From: Amphiscolops sp. MND2022
Taxonomy: Eukaryota
Direction of reading: 5' to 3'
Assembly: GCA_964187785.1 (NCBI GenBank)
Contig: OZ076409.1
Coordinates: 57,042,001-57,106,000, forward strand
DNA length: 64,000 nucleotides
Shown here: one piece after another, positions 11,238 to 21,403 of the stretch
How the letters are laid out: the number at the start of each line of letters is the position of its first letter
Position numbering within the stretch: position 1 is the stretch's first letter
The notes under the pieces: model-generated
Databases searched by the model: none
What the model saw: only the letters and a program-made list of their open reading frames with translations
What the model was told of the DNA's origin: nothing
Position numbers and translations under genes: made by a program

Positions 11238-11492
11238 ATGACTGAGACCAACTTGAACTTGGAAAAAATTGTTTTTGACGGAAATAACAGTGAACAAAAA
11301 TCGTGGACGTGCGTGGGAGAAACTTGCTCTAGATCACTAATTATGTTCCTGCCCCAATTTTTTATCATTTTGCTGATAATTTCGGGGAACTTTTGGAGAA
11401 TTCATTTGGCAACAAGTTGTGAAGAATCTACAGTGTGGGTTGGAGTTTTATGTAGCGCTGCAGGAGTCATTGTTCCAACACCGAGACTATGA
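11238..11492 (+). CDS. Small two-TM membrane protein
   Basis: 84 aa with two hydrophobic segments (LIMFLPQFFIILLII; VWVGVLCSAAGVIVP); stop overlaps the ATPase ATG (ATGA). Confidence 0.7.
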   Translation: MTETNLNLEKIVFDGNNSEQKSWTCVGETCSRSLIMFLPQFFIILLIISGNFWRIHLATSCEESTVWVGVLCSAAGVIVPTPRL

Positions 11493-12322
11493 ACAAGTTA
11501 ATTTCCACCAAAAACCGTGTCTTTATGTCAATGGTTGGACCTAGCGAATCTGGTAAAACTCAGTTGATTTACGAGTGGTTAACTAATGGAACATTTCAAC
11601 CCAAATTTGACAAGTTTTTTTTCTTTCACCAATATTATCAATCACTATACGACAAGATGCAAAAAGAAATTGATTGTATCGAGTTTGTCAAGGGAGTGAA
11701 TTTTGAGTTGATTGATTCATTGAAAAACAACGGAAGAAAGTATCTCCTCATTTTTGACGATTCTTGTGAGGAAGTGTGCAGTTCCAAAGAATTTGTCAAA
11801 ATTGCTACTGCTGGAAGACACCGTGGACTTAGTACTATATACATTAAACACAACTTGTTCCACAAGAGCACGCTCGGACGCGATATAGAGCTACAAACTA
11901 CACACATTGCATTGTTCAAATCGCCCCGGGATGTTATGCAAATAAATACACTTAGTATTCAACTAGGATTAGGTTCCTCTCTCGTGGATTGGTACAGAGA
12001 TGCAACGTCTGTTCCTTTTGGTCATTTGCTCATTGATTTATCGCCGCGAACAGACGATAGATTACGTTACTGCACAAACAGTGGAAAGACTCCATCAAAG
12101 TTTTACGTGCCAGAGAGTTTGAAGCACTTGACAATTTTGGACGATGAGCACACAAAATCTCTCTATTCTCCACGCGTTCCAATCATTTTCCCCCCGCAAG
12201 TGCAAAATTCAATTTCTCCAATCGTGTCCAAAAGAATTTATTCGGTTTCTATGCGAGTGCATAGTAAACATACTCAAAGGAAACTTGCAAAACGTAAAAA
12301 GACATCACGTTATCGAATATAA
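11489..12322 (+). CDS. FtsK/HerA (A32-like) packaging ATPase, right arm
   Basis: Walker A GPSESGKT, Walker B LLIFDD, AGRHRGLS motif; 277 aa intact. Confidence 0.92.
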   Translation: MNKLISTKNRVFMSMVGPSESGKTQLIYEWLTNGTFQPKFDKFFFFHQYYQSLYDKMQKEIDCIEFVKGVNFELIDSLKNNGRKYLLIFDDSCEEVCSSKEFVKIATAGRHRGLSTIYIKHNLFHKSTLGRDIELQTTHIALFKSPRDVMQINTLSIQLGLGSSLVDWYRDATSVPFGHLLIDLSPRTDDRLRYCTNSGKTPSKFYVPESLKHLTILDDEHTKSLYSPRVPIIFPPQVQNSISPIVSKRIYSVSMRVHSKHTQRKLAKRKKTSRYRI

Positions 12323-12449
12323 ACGAGAGTTGCACTTACTCTCTTTAAAGCGAACTAATTGGAAGCAGAGACGCGATCTCTTGACGTCAGAGAGAGGTTT
12401 ACAACTGGTTGATACCATTACCCCATTTGTCATTAATCACTTGTCTTGA
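12144..12449 (+). CDS. Small basic Polinton protein (CECIVNILKGN motif), right arm
   Basis: 101 aa; overlaps the ATPase 3' end by 179 nt in another frame. Confidence 0.65.
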   Translation: MSTQNLSILHAFQSFSPRKCKIQFLQSCPKEFIRFLCECIVNILKGNLQNVKRHHVIEYKRELHLLSLKRTNWKQRRDLLTSERGLQLVDTITPFVINHLS

Positions 12450-12450
12450 T

Positions 12451-12864
12451 ATGGAACAGTTTGTTCTTGTACCTGCTTCACTTCTCAACAAGCTAAACAC
12501 AACAAAGTCCACGACGTTAAAAGTGGACCTACCCAAATATCAACCTCAACAAACTCCTACGTCCCAAGTTGATTTGCTGAAAAAGGATATAAACAAAAAG
12601 TTGTTTGCCAAGGCAGATTCATTGGTTGATAAACTTTTAGCATCCCCACGTATAAAGTTGTCTCTCTCTAACACTATCGTGCTAGACGGTACAGATACTG
12701 GAGTACTGTTGCAAGATTTTGCTCAACATTTGCGTAGAAAAAATGCTGACATACCCGACATTTACTTTACTTTACTGGACGCAGCCGACATTTCTCCTAG
12801 TATAGTCCTAAATCAGAATGCCAAAGCAAAAGAGAAAGGAAACTGGATCCCTTTCAAAATCTGA
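12451..12864 (+). CDS. Polinton hypothetical protein upstream of integrase (right arm)
   Basis: ATG 2 nt after the previous stop; open and identical in both arms. Confidence 0.65.
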   Translation: MEQFVLVPASLLNKLNTTKSTTLKVDLPKYQPQQTPTSQVDLLKKDINKKLFAKADSLVDKLLASPRIKLSLSNTIVLDGTDTGVLLQDFAQHLRRKNADIPDIYFTLLDAADISPSIVLNQNAKAKEKGNWIPFKI

Positions 12865-13755
12865 GCGACAAAAGCTTCAAAGACTATATACACATGGTCC
12901 TGCAGCATATGGCTCTGTGCGAAATCTGGCAAAAGCTAGCAAGCTACCCGTTTCCAAGGTTAGACAGTTTTTACATTCAAAAGACTCTTATACAAAATTT
13001 ACACTTGCAACACGCAAGTTTAAACGTATGAGAGCGTTTGCTAGATACAAGAATGAAATTTGGTGCATGGACTTGGCATATGTTGATAAACTGGCAAAGG
13101 ATAACAGAGGAATAAAGTACTTGCTACTTCGCCAGGACGTGTTTGACAAAACAATAAACGTGAGAGGTTTGAAAACAAAGGACTCTAAGGAGGCACTTAG
13201 AGCCTTTACGCAAATGATTACAAAGCGGAAAAGACCACAAAAGATTTGGGTTGACAAGGGAAAAGAACTTGCTGGTGAATTCAAAAAGTTTTGCGACAGA
13301 GAAGGAATACAGATTTATTCAACAATGAGTGAAACAAAGGCAGCATTCGCCGAGAGAGCTATTCGTTCATTGAAAAATGTTTTGTATCGCTACATTGAAG
13401 ACTATGGATACAAGTATATTCACAAGTTTCCTCAATTTGTTACAACGCTGAATACGAGAAGGAATAGATCAATACATATGAAGCCGAGCAATGTTAAAAA
13501 CTCTGACTTTATGTCTGTGCTATACAGTAAACCAATCAGAGACTTTAACAAACCAAAGTTCCACGTTGGACACCGCGTCCGAATTTCCAAGCAAGATTTA
13601 CCGTTTAGAAAAGGATACAAGCCGCAATATACAAACGAAATTTTTAAAATTGTTGCACTTGCTACACGCAAACCGCCCACATAAAATTACAAGATGAACA
13701 AGGCGAAGTTATCAAAGGCAAGTTTTATGAAAAGGAGTTGATTAGAGTCATTTAG
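12818..13755 (+). CDS. Retroviral-like (RVE) Polinton integrase, right arm; core open to 13684, last ~24 aa out of frame
   Basis: DDE triad WCMDL / VDKGKE / AERAIR. After PPT* the shifted frame reads KLQDEQGEVIKGKFYEKELIRVI*, a typical Polinton integrase C-terminus. Confidence 0.92.
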
Positions 13756-13757
13756 TT

Positions 13758-14561
13758 ATGGATTCCTTTACAATAGAGTTGGTCTCTAATGCGTCATCTG
13801 AACTGTTTCCTGACAATACACTTAGTTCATTTACAAACTTTTTGCCAGATCAAGTCAATTTGGAAGGGCAATGAGAGGTTGCAATTTCGGAAATTTCCTA
13901 CCCTTCAATGTACCAGAATGTTACAGATGGGAAATTTCTATTTTTTGACGCAATCTACTCCAAAACGACAACAGCCTATTACTTGGAACCTGGGCTGTAT
14001 TCATCCGTACCCGACATTGTTGAAGCAATGAATTTGCTTATACAAGAGAGAAACAATCACAATGAAAATTGCATTACTGTTAAAGTATCTCGTCGCACAC
14101 AAAAAATTGAACTTTCACTCATTAGTGACGACTCTAGCCTAGTCATTTTCAGTACAGACTTGGGAAATATATTTGGTGGCGATGTTGGAGACGACAAAGG
14201 GATTTTGATGCGAGGTAAGGGACCTCATGAGCCAAAGTTTGCGTACGATATTGTTCGTATTCATTCGCTAATGACTTACACTGATATTGTGGAGTACAAC
14301 ATTGTTGGAGACACAAAAGCACCCCTGTTGCGTTGCTTCCCTTTCATTTCCAAGCTGAAATCCGGAGACGTAATCACTACTGGACAATACATGAATTACC
14401 AAACTTTTAGTAACCTTCAATTTCGTCGCCTATTGAAAAATTCCTTTCATAGTATACATATTGATCTGAGGGACACCTCGGGTGAAAAGATTCCATTTGT
14501 CTCTGTTGGAATCACACGTCTTGTGCTAATGTTTAGAAAAGTTTCAGACATTCATTACTAA
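13758..14561 (+). pseudogene. Minor capsid protein (penton-like), right arm, in-frame TGA at 13872
   Basis: Same as the left arm; TGA stands where W is expected in LEGQWEVA. Confidence 0.8.
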
Positions 14562-14579
14562 CAATAAACACTGTGCGAA

Positions 14580-14939
14580 ATGGTTGCCTCAAGAGAAATT
14601 GAACTACCGTATTATAGAGGAGTAACAAGACAACGCGGAAGAGGATTTGGAGTACTTGCTCAAGTTATTGGGAGAACCGCAGTTCTTTTTGTTAAACAAT
14701 TTATCGTCCCAGCTGCACGAAGAGTTGGAGCTGACTTGTTGGAGTATGCTGTACCTGAAATGGCAGAAGTAATTAGTGGAAAGAAAAATTTAAAATCGGC
14801 TGTAACAAGTGTTGGCAAAAAGACGTTGAGAAAACAACTAGGTGGCGGTAGCAAAAGAACGCGCAGATTCATTCCTACAAAATCCACCAACATAAACAGT
14901 CGCTCGCGCAGAGACATTTTCACAAACATTTCACGCTAA
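14580..14939 (+). CDS. Basic Polinton core-like protein (right arm)
   Basis: 119 aa, basic, with QRGRG and QLGGG possible protease cleavage motifs. Confidence 0.65.
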   Translation: MVASREIELPYYRGVTRQRGRGFGVLAQVIGRTAVLFVKQFIVPAARRVGADLLEYAVPEMAEVISGKKNLKSAVTSVGKKTLRKQLGGGSKRTRRFIPTKSTNINSRSRRDIFTNISR

Positions 14940-14941
14940 AC

Positions 14942-16285
14942 ATGAATGCACAAAGTAATTTTCGGTACCAACCTTTTGTGGTCGTTTCTGGCAGTGTTGG
15001 CGGTAAAGTCCCAGTTGTCGATGACGTACTTTCGTTGCATGAACAACAAATTTATCCTACAACGTCATTGGATGAAAACAGTATCGAGTTTGAATTTCAA
15101 ACTAATCGCAACAATTACACTGATTTGCGTCAAACGTATTTGTCTTTGGTACTCAAATTGGTGAAGCATCGGGGATTTGATTCGTACAAAAAAGAAGCCA
15201 AAAAGGAACACAATGAAGGAGAAGATAAAAAGGCTGATACCGCCGACGACAACGAGGTTCCCTTAATTACCCATGTGAACAACATTATGCACTCCATTTT
15301 CTCCAATGTGGAAGTTTATATAAACAATCAGCAAATTTACAATTCAAATGGACTTTATTCTCAAAAATCTTACATTTGCACCAATTTTAAAGGAGCCATT
15401 TCTGAGTACAAGAAGTGCTACATTGTGAAGGTTATGACTTTGAAGCAAATCCGGAAGACGCTATGGGTAACCCCTTGGAGGATCCATTCTTTTCAAGGAG
15501 AATGAAAATGTTCTCCAGACCTGACGGATTTATGCTGTATCGTAAATTGGGTGTTGATTTTTTCACCACTTCAGAGCTATTGTACCCAAACATGAAAGTT
15601 AGAATACGACTAATTAGAGCTCGACCCAATTTTTACATGATTAGTGACAATCCTAACGTTAGCCTTGGAATTGTAGATTGTTCGCTTTATAATCGCCGTA
15701 TTACACTCAAAGACGATTATCACAAGAAGTGAATGGATATGCTAGCATACAGTCCAAGTAGAATATAACTACTTGGAAACACTTGCCAAGACTTTTATCA
15801 TTCCCGCCCGACAGAATCAATTTATACAAGAAAACATTTTCAACAATGCACCGATCGGACGTATCGCCATAGCAATGAATACAAATTCTGCCTTTACGGG
15901 TTCCTTTACTGAAAATCCATACTGGTATCAACAGTTTGGATTGAGGCACATTAGAATACTACGCGGCGGTCAGTCTGTTGTTGACTATGACACGTCCGAT
16001 AATTGCCGTCTCTATGTTACAACAATGAGAGCAATGAACTTTCATGACGATTTACCATCAATCCCGATTGACAACTTCAAGGATCACTATGTGCTCGTGT
16101 TTGATTTGACATCAATGCAAGACGCTACTGAACATTGCCACTATCCGGAATTGATTGGCGAACCATTGCGCCTGGAACTCAACTTTAATGAAACGCTTGA
16201 AAGTGTAACAGAAGTCATTATATTGGGTGAACGAATGTCGTCGGTTGCAGTCGACAAGTTTGGCGTTGTCGGTAAAAATACCTAA
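14942..16285 (+). pseudogene. Major capsid protein, right arm; frameshifts near 15413 and 15757, stop at 15730
   Basis: ORF pieces 14942..15505, 15415..15732 and 15773..16285 are collinear with the left-arm MCP. Confidence 0.85.
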
Positions 16286-16286
16286 T

Positions 16287-16668
16287 ATGGATGACATTGC
16301 ATTGCGGCAGATTATTGATCGTATTCCTCTCCTCAAGTATCGGTACATCGGCTCATTTCACTCTGATCGTGTCCCTAATCTGCCAAATGATACACTTGCT
16401 ATTGTCAATACTGAACCAAGTTACATGTCTGGCGAGCACTGGGTAATGATTGCCAAATTTAAACAGCAATTGTATTTTGCAGACTCTTCCTGGTGGATCA
16501 TGCAATTTTCTGAAGCAAGACTACCAAAAGATGGTTCCAGTAAAGTTGCAGTCACATCCCAGCGTCTGCGGATTCTATGCCTTATATTCCGCTTTTCATC
16601 TCTTCAAGTTCCAGCAAGAGCAACTTACAGGAGTTCACGATGGTAATGTACTCTCGATGTTAATGTAA
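16287..16668 (+). pseudogene. Adenain-like cysteine protease (right arm), frameshifted
   Basis: GEHW and FADS, then QSHPSVCG in a second frame; same lesion as the left arm. Confidence 0.85.
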
Positions 16669-16813
16669 TTATATGTAACTCATGCTTATTGTAAAGTGCA
16701 GTTTATACATGTGATTGAAGTACATTTATACATTATAATTTAAATTTTTTTTATTTAAACATGATTTTTTTCCTCAACGTATAGTAGTCAAGTAATGAGC
16801 TAAACCTTTATGA

Positions 16814-16906
16814 CGGATAAATTATTCCCGTGGCGGATAAATTTTTCCGGTGGCGGATAAAATATTCCGCAGGCGGATAAAATATTGCGCGGGCGGATAA
16901 AATATT
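16814..16906. repeat. Five 20-bp subterminal tandem repeats, right end of Polinton
   Basis: CGGATAAAATATT units, the reverse complement of 3068-3160. Confidence 0.9.
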
Positions 16907-17506
16907 GCTCGGCGGCGGCGGCAGTCACCCAAAAATTGTAATTTTGCCCAAAGTCTCACAGTGCCGAAAATGTCGCACAGTGCCGAAAAACCCTATTCCC
17001 TACCTTAAAACATTACCGAAGCTATTCCTTATCTTTATACATTGAACACATCTTTATACATTGACAATCACTCGGCTCAATACCAGTGAGTCAAGTCGTC
17101 AGAATCGTGCAAAAGTACACGACTCGAGTCGTCAGCCAATCAGAATCGAGCAAAAATTAGCCCAAGCTTTGTAAGGGGGTGGAAGACCCTTCTCGGCTCT
17201 CGGCTCGCTATAGCCTATGTTAAAACATGGAGGGTCTTCCAAACCCCCCCCCCCCCACCTGATCAGCACGCACATATACTACTGTTAATAACTAACTCTT
17301 TTGTTATAGCAGTACCAACTTTGCAGTATGATTTTCGATTATTTCGAGAAAAATTACCAATATTTCAGCAAAAGATGCCCAAAATTGATGATTGCTGCCT
17401 TGTTTTCAATTTGGTGATAGTATTGGACCTTTGGTTGAGGAATATCTTGTAATTTCATCAGTGTATGCGTTAATTGACTACATTATCCTAATTTTCTTTT
17501 TATGGC

Positions 17507-17645
17507 TCCAGGCTGACCATACTCTGGGCTATAAAGGTTTATGCTTCCAGGCTGATCATAGACTGAACCATATATGGTCCAGAATATGGTCAGGCTGGAA
17601 CCATAAACTTTTATGGCCCAGAGTATGATCAGCCTGGAATCATAC
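17507..17645. repeat. Imperfect ~130-bp palindrome built from the same units as the 2320-2432 repeat
   Basis: CCAGGCTGACCATACTCTGGGC...ACCATATATGGT...GCCCAGAGTATGATCAGCCTGG. Confidence 0.75.
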
Positions 17646-18248
17646 TGTGAGTATGATGGCAGAGTATGATTGACCTGCTTTTGTATGGGAGGGAAACCCG
17701 GGTAGTTAAGAATAATTTCTGAGTTAATTCTCATGAGTCACATAGTACCAAAAATAATGAAGACGTCACCCTGAGGACTTAAAAAGCGGTTTTCATTAAA
17801 AGAAAACCTCAACAAAAAAAAAACAAAATTTGTGTTTTGAAAAATTAAAAGCAGGAAACATGAAAAAAATTAAGAAATTCCACCTAGTGTTGAACAAACA
17901 CCAAAGTGGAAACCCTTTAGAGTCCCTCTGCGCTTGCAAGCTTATCAAACTTTGGTATGAAGGGGGACTCGAACCCAAATGCTCCTGCTTCATAAGCCCC
18001 ATCATCATACAGTCTGTGTTAAACGCTAGGCAAGGTGGAGACTACTTTCCAGCTCTCCAGCGATTTCAATAGCTTATGGCAAAAAGTGGTGGAAAAAAGC
18101 GTTTTTTAAATTTCGTGTTCAAATATTTTTGTTTCTTACTGAGAGTTGAAATTCTATCAAAATGTCAAGCTCCATAAAACAATAACCAAGAAGTCAACTC
18201 TGAAGTGTTTATGTACGTATTTATGTTTTTATGTTAGGTGCTATTTGA

Positions 18249-18308
18249 GGTCCCATAGCTCAGTTGGTAGTGCATCCGCCTATCAATTAGTAGGTAGTGA
18301 GTCGGATT
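18249..18308 (+). pseudogene. tRNA-derived fragment or SINE head
   Basis: GGTCCCATAGCTCAGTTGGTAGTGC (A-box/D-arm); no intact T-arm or acceptor stem. Confidence 0.45.
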
Positions 18309-19731
18309 TTTTTTAAAAGGCGAAAAATATCCCGGTGTTTAGCGGGCGTCTTGTTATTTGTTCATGTATGAAATTGTTTGCCAAACTAAAAATACACAAA
18401 AAAGTTATCAAAATGCTCATGTTCGACAAACATTTTTTTTCTGAATTCCATAAAATTGACACAGTAAATTCAACGAGGAGAATGCAAGGGCAATGTTTCT
18501 TCGTCATTAAGAAACGAAAAAAAAGAAAAGTTTAGTTTTTCGGATGTCAATGACTTCCTTATAATTTATTCTCAAGTCACAATCAGAAATTCGAAACGAA
18601 CCAGTAATGAGCATAAGTGTTCTTAGAATCCTCGCCCTCAAAAGTAATGAGGTACGGTTATATTTATTTCACAGAGGACTAATTTCTCTAATAAAAGCTG
18701 GCACTTGGGTCAAACTCAATTGTTGTATGTCTTTCGATAATAGGGTCAATCATTTCAGCCACTGAATTGTTTTGCGTCAAGTAGGTATAGCTTGACAGAC
18801 TATTATTCCTCCTACCATTGATAGCTTTCAAGCTGAGAAATTATAAGATTGAGAGATTTCAAGCTGACACATCCATCAGCTTTTTTTAGCAGCTGCTTCA
18901 AAATGTCTTCAACTATTTCAAACGGAAAAATCTCAAAACAGGAATAGTTTTTCCGAGTCAAATTTTCTCTAGGAAAAAAATTGCTCTCAGTTCGCGTGGG
19001 TTTTCAATTTTTTTTCATGATCGCTTCAACTGCTGATGCATATGCCACTAGACTTAGGCAAAGAATTCATTTGGTGAAAATATATAAATCAAAGAGGTAC
19101 GATTTCGTGGATGATTTCGAACTCTGTAAACTAGGCCGCAAAGTTTATTGAACTCACCTTAGCATATTTTATATCTTCACCGAGGGTGTCATTTGAAAAG
19201 TGATCACCTCACAGTTGTCTAAAATCACGTTTAGTTTATTTGATACGACCAGTCTGTCAAATTCTGAAGGTGAAGGTGTTTGAAGTTTTTATGCCTCAGT
19301 TGACAACATTAGTATTTTCGGCAACCGTGGCTAATTGACTAACGTCATTGGGTTGTTACAGAACTTGATGCATGACATGGAGAGAAAAGAACCTGAAATG
19401 CGAGGAACATCTGTTCATTTTTTCAAAGGTTAGGTAAGAGAATGTGTACTTTATTTCCTTTTTCGATCTCATACATCTAGCCAGAGTTACTAATGCATCT
19501 ACACAAGAACGCTTCGGCCTAAACCCATGAGGTGACGTCAACATACGTCATATCTCCTAAAACCAAAATACATGTTTTTCTCATAACCTCTAAAAATTTT
19601 CTTCGATGAAATTAAGAGATTAATTGATTTATAGTTGACTGGTTGGATCTTTCTCCTTTTCTCATCATTTCAAGGCATGTGATCTTAAAATCGTTCTCGA
19701 AGAAAAACTTAACACGTTGTAGACTAACACT

Positions 19732-20233
19732 AACAAGACGGGAACGTCTCAAGTCGGCGCTTTATCTAAGTCTCAAAAAGCGCAAAACATTTTTTTGGAA
19801 AAAACTTGAAATTTTCGAAAAAAATTTTTCTTTCGGAAAATGTCGCGTAGTGTCGAAAAATGTAAAAGGAGGGACCCTTTTTGATTTATAAACACACATT
19901 CTGTTGCAAAATAACAAAAAACTCCAAGGGGGGACCCTTTGGGGACATTAAAAAAATTTCGAAAAAAAAGTCGCACAGTGCCGAAAAAAATTCAAAGGGG
20001 GGACCCTGTAGTTCCGTCCGGTTTTGTATCTTACGTTAAAAATTGAGTACACGAAAGGGGGACCCTTTGCAGTAACTCAGATATGATTCCGCTTGCCGGT
20101 GCAGTACTTTTAGTAGTTCTGTAAAAAGTGTCCACTACGCATACATTCTGTGGTCTGACGAAAAAAAAAAAGAAAAAAAACTTGCCACTGTAATAGTCGG
20201 GCTCATTTTCTTCTAAAATGCGCCGACTAAAAA
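19732..20233 (-). mobile_element. DINE-1/Helentron-like non-autonomous element
   Basis: Subterminal IR AGTCGGCGC/GCGCCGACT, terminal hairpin GACGGGAACGTC, TAGTCGG..CCGACTA IR; near copy at 52231. Confidence 0.65.
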
Positions 20234-20934
20234 CAGAGCGCAAGATGAAGAGCTGTCACTTCGTAAGGATAGCATTACACAGCGTTTTCTTCGGACGACC
20301 GGCTAATTATCCGCAAGACGCTGCGACAAGTTTTTATCACTTTGTTGACAGCAGGATAATGGGCTACTCGAAGATGACGGAAAACGCCATGGTAAATAAG
20401 TGGAGACATAGAAGAAATCAATGTAGTGATCTTCGTTACTGAAACCTATAAGAGTTCTGAAAATAGTGCAAAAAAGTAAATTTTGAAGAAAAATTGAAGT
20501 TGAAGTTCATACAAATCAAGCATTTGAAGTGGTTATCCCTCTGACGTTTTTTTTTAGAAAATCACTTCTTCGGATTTTGAAGTTGAAATTTTTATTGTGA
20601 TTTTTTTGCATTGTTCAACACAGCTGTGTACGAATAATGTATAGAGTAGTTCAAGTTTTTCAATAAAAGCAAGGACCCAGTTGTTTCATGAACTGAGTTT
20701 ATGTTTAAAATGACAGAAATGATAAAAATGTTTTTTTTTCAAGTCTGAAGAAAAACTTCATTCAGTTCGAAATAAGCAACTCTTAATTGCCTAGCTGACG
20801 GTATTTGGTTATCCCGTTTAACAAGACAGCTGAATTTTGCACATAACTAAGTAACGATTCCTTTTATACCAACAAACGTTCTTTTTTAGATAACACATCT
20901 TGTCGTGAATACAAGTATTTGATTTCACATGCTG

Positions 20935-21403
20935 TTTTTAGTCGGAGCTTCATGAAGTAAAACGCGACTATAGTGACTCTTTTTTTTTCAATCCACACGA
21001 ACTGACCAAAAAAGTTCCTAAAAGATCTACGAAAATTTATGATTACAAATTGCATCATTTGGCTTAGCGTACTGAACCCAAAAAGGTTTTTCCTCTTTTT
21101 CCGCGTAACATATAATACCGGGAGAGACTATAGGGTCCCCCTCTCAGTTTTTTCGGCACTGTGAGACTTTTTTTCGAAAAAATTTTTCCCAAAGGGCCCC
21201 CTTCAATTTTTTGATGTTTTGCAACAATGGATGTTGAAAAATGCTAAAGGATCCCAACCTGCGCCAGTTCGGTCGTTTGGGTTTTTCGTGAGTTTGATAC
21301 TCTTTTTGTGAGTTTGAAACTTAGAATTTTTTAACACTTTCATCTCCTTTTGCTACTTTTCAGCCTTAGATATGGCGCCGACTGATGCCGGTCCCGGCTT
21401 GTT
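20935..21403 (+). mobile_element. DINE-1/Helentron-like element (related subfamily, opposite orientation)
   Basis: TAGTCGG..CGACTA at the 5' end; GGCGCCGACT, hairpin GCCGGTCCCGGC and TTGTT at the 3' end; internal TTCGGCACTGTGAGAC. Confidence 0.6.

Larger units (their letters stand above)
2650..17283. mobile_element. Palindromic (fold-back) Polinton/Maverick (adintovirus-like) derivative lacking pPolB
   Basis: Starts AGTAGTATATGTGCG (2650) and ends CGCACATATACTACT (17283). Direct 6-bp TSD GTTAAT at 2644-2649 and 17284-17289. 2650-9961 is the reverse complement of 10017-17283. Both arms encode integrase, ATPase, capsids and protease. Confidence 0.95.

Noticed and set aside
13872..13874. TGA read as Trp (alternative genetic code) in the minor capsid gene
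   Set aside because: Other genes in the element use TGG for Trp and TGA as a normal stop; a nonsense mutation is simpler.
2650..17283. Two independent head-to-head Polinton insertions, or a pure assembly mirror
   Set aside because: One TSD brackets the whole unit, the flanks are not mirrored, and the arms have both shared and private mutations. Read-level confirmation is still needed.
18249..18308. Functional tRNA gene
   Set aside because: Only the 5' half is tRNA-like; no TTCGA loop or closing acceptor stem.
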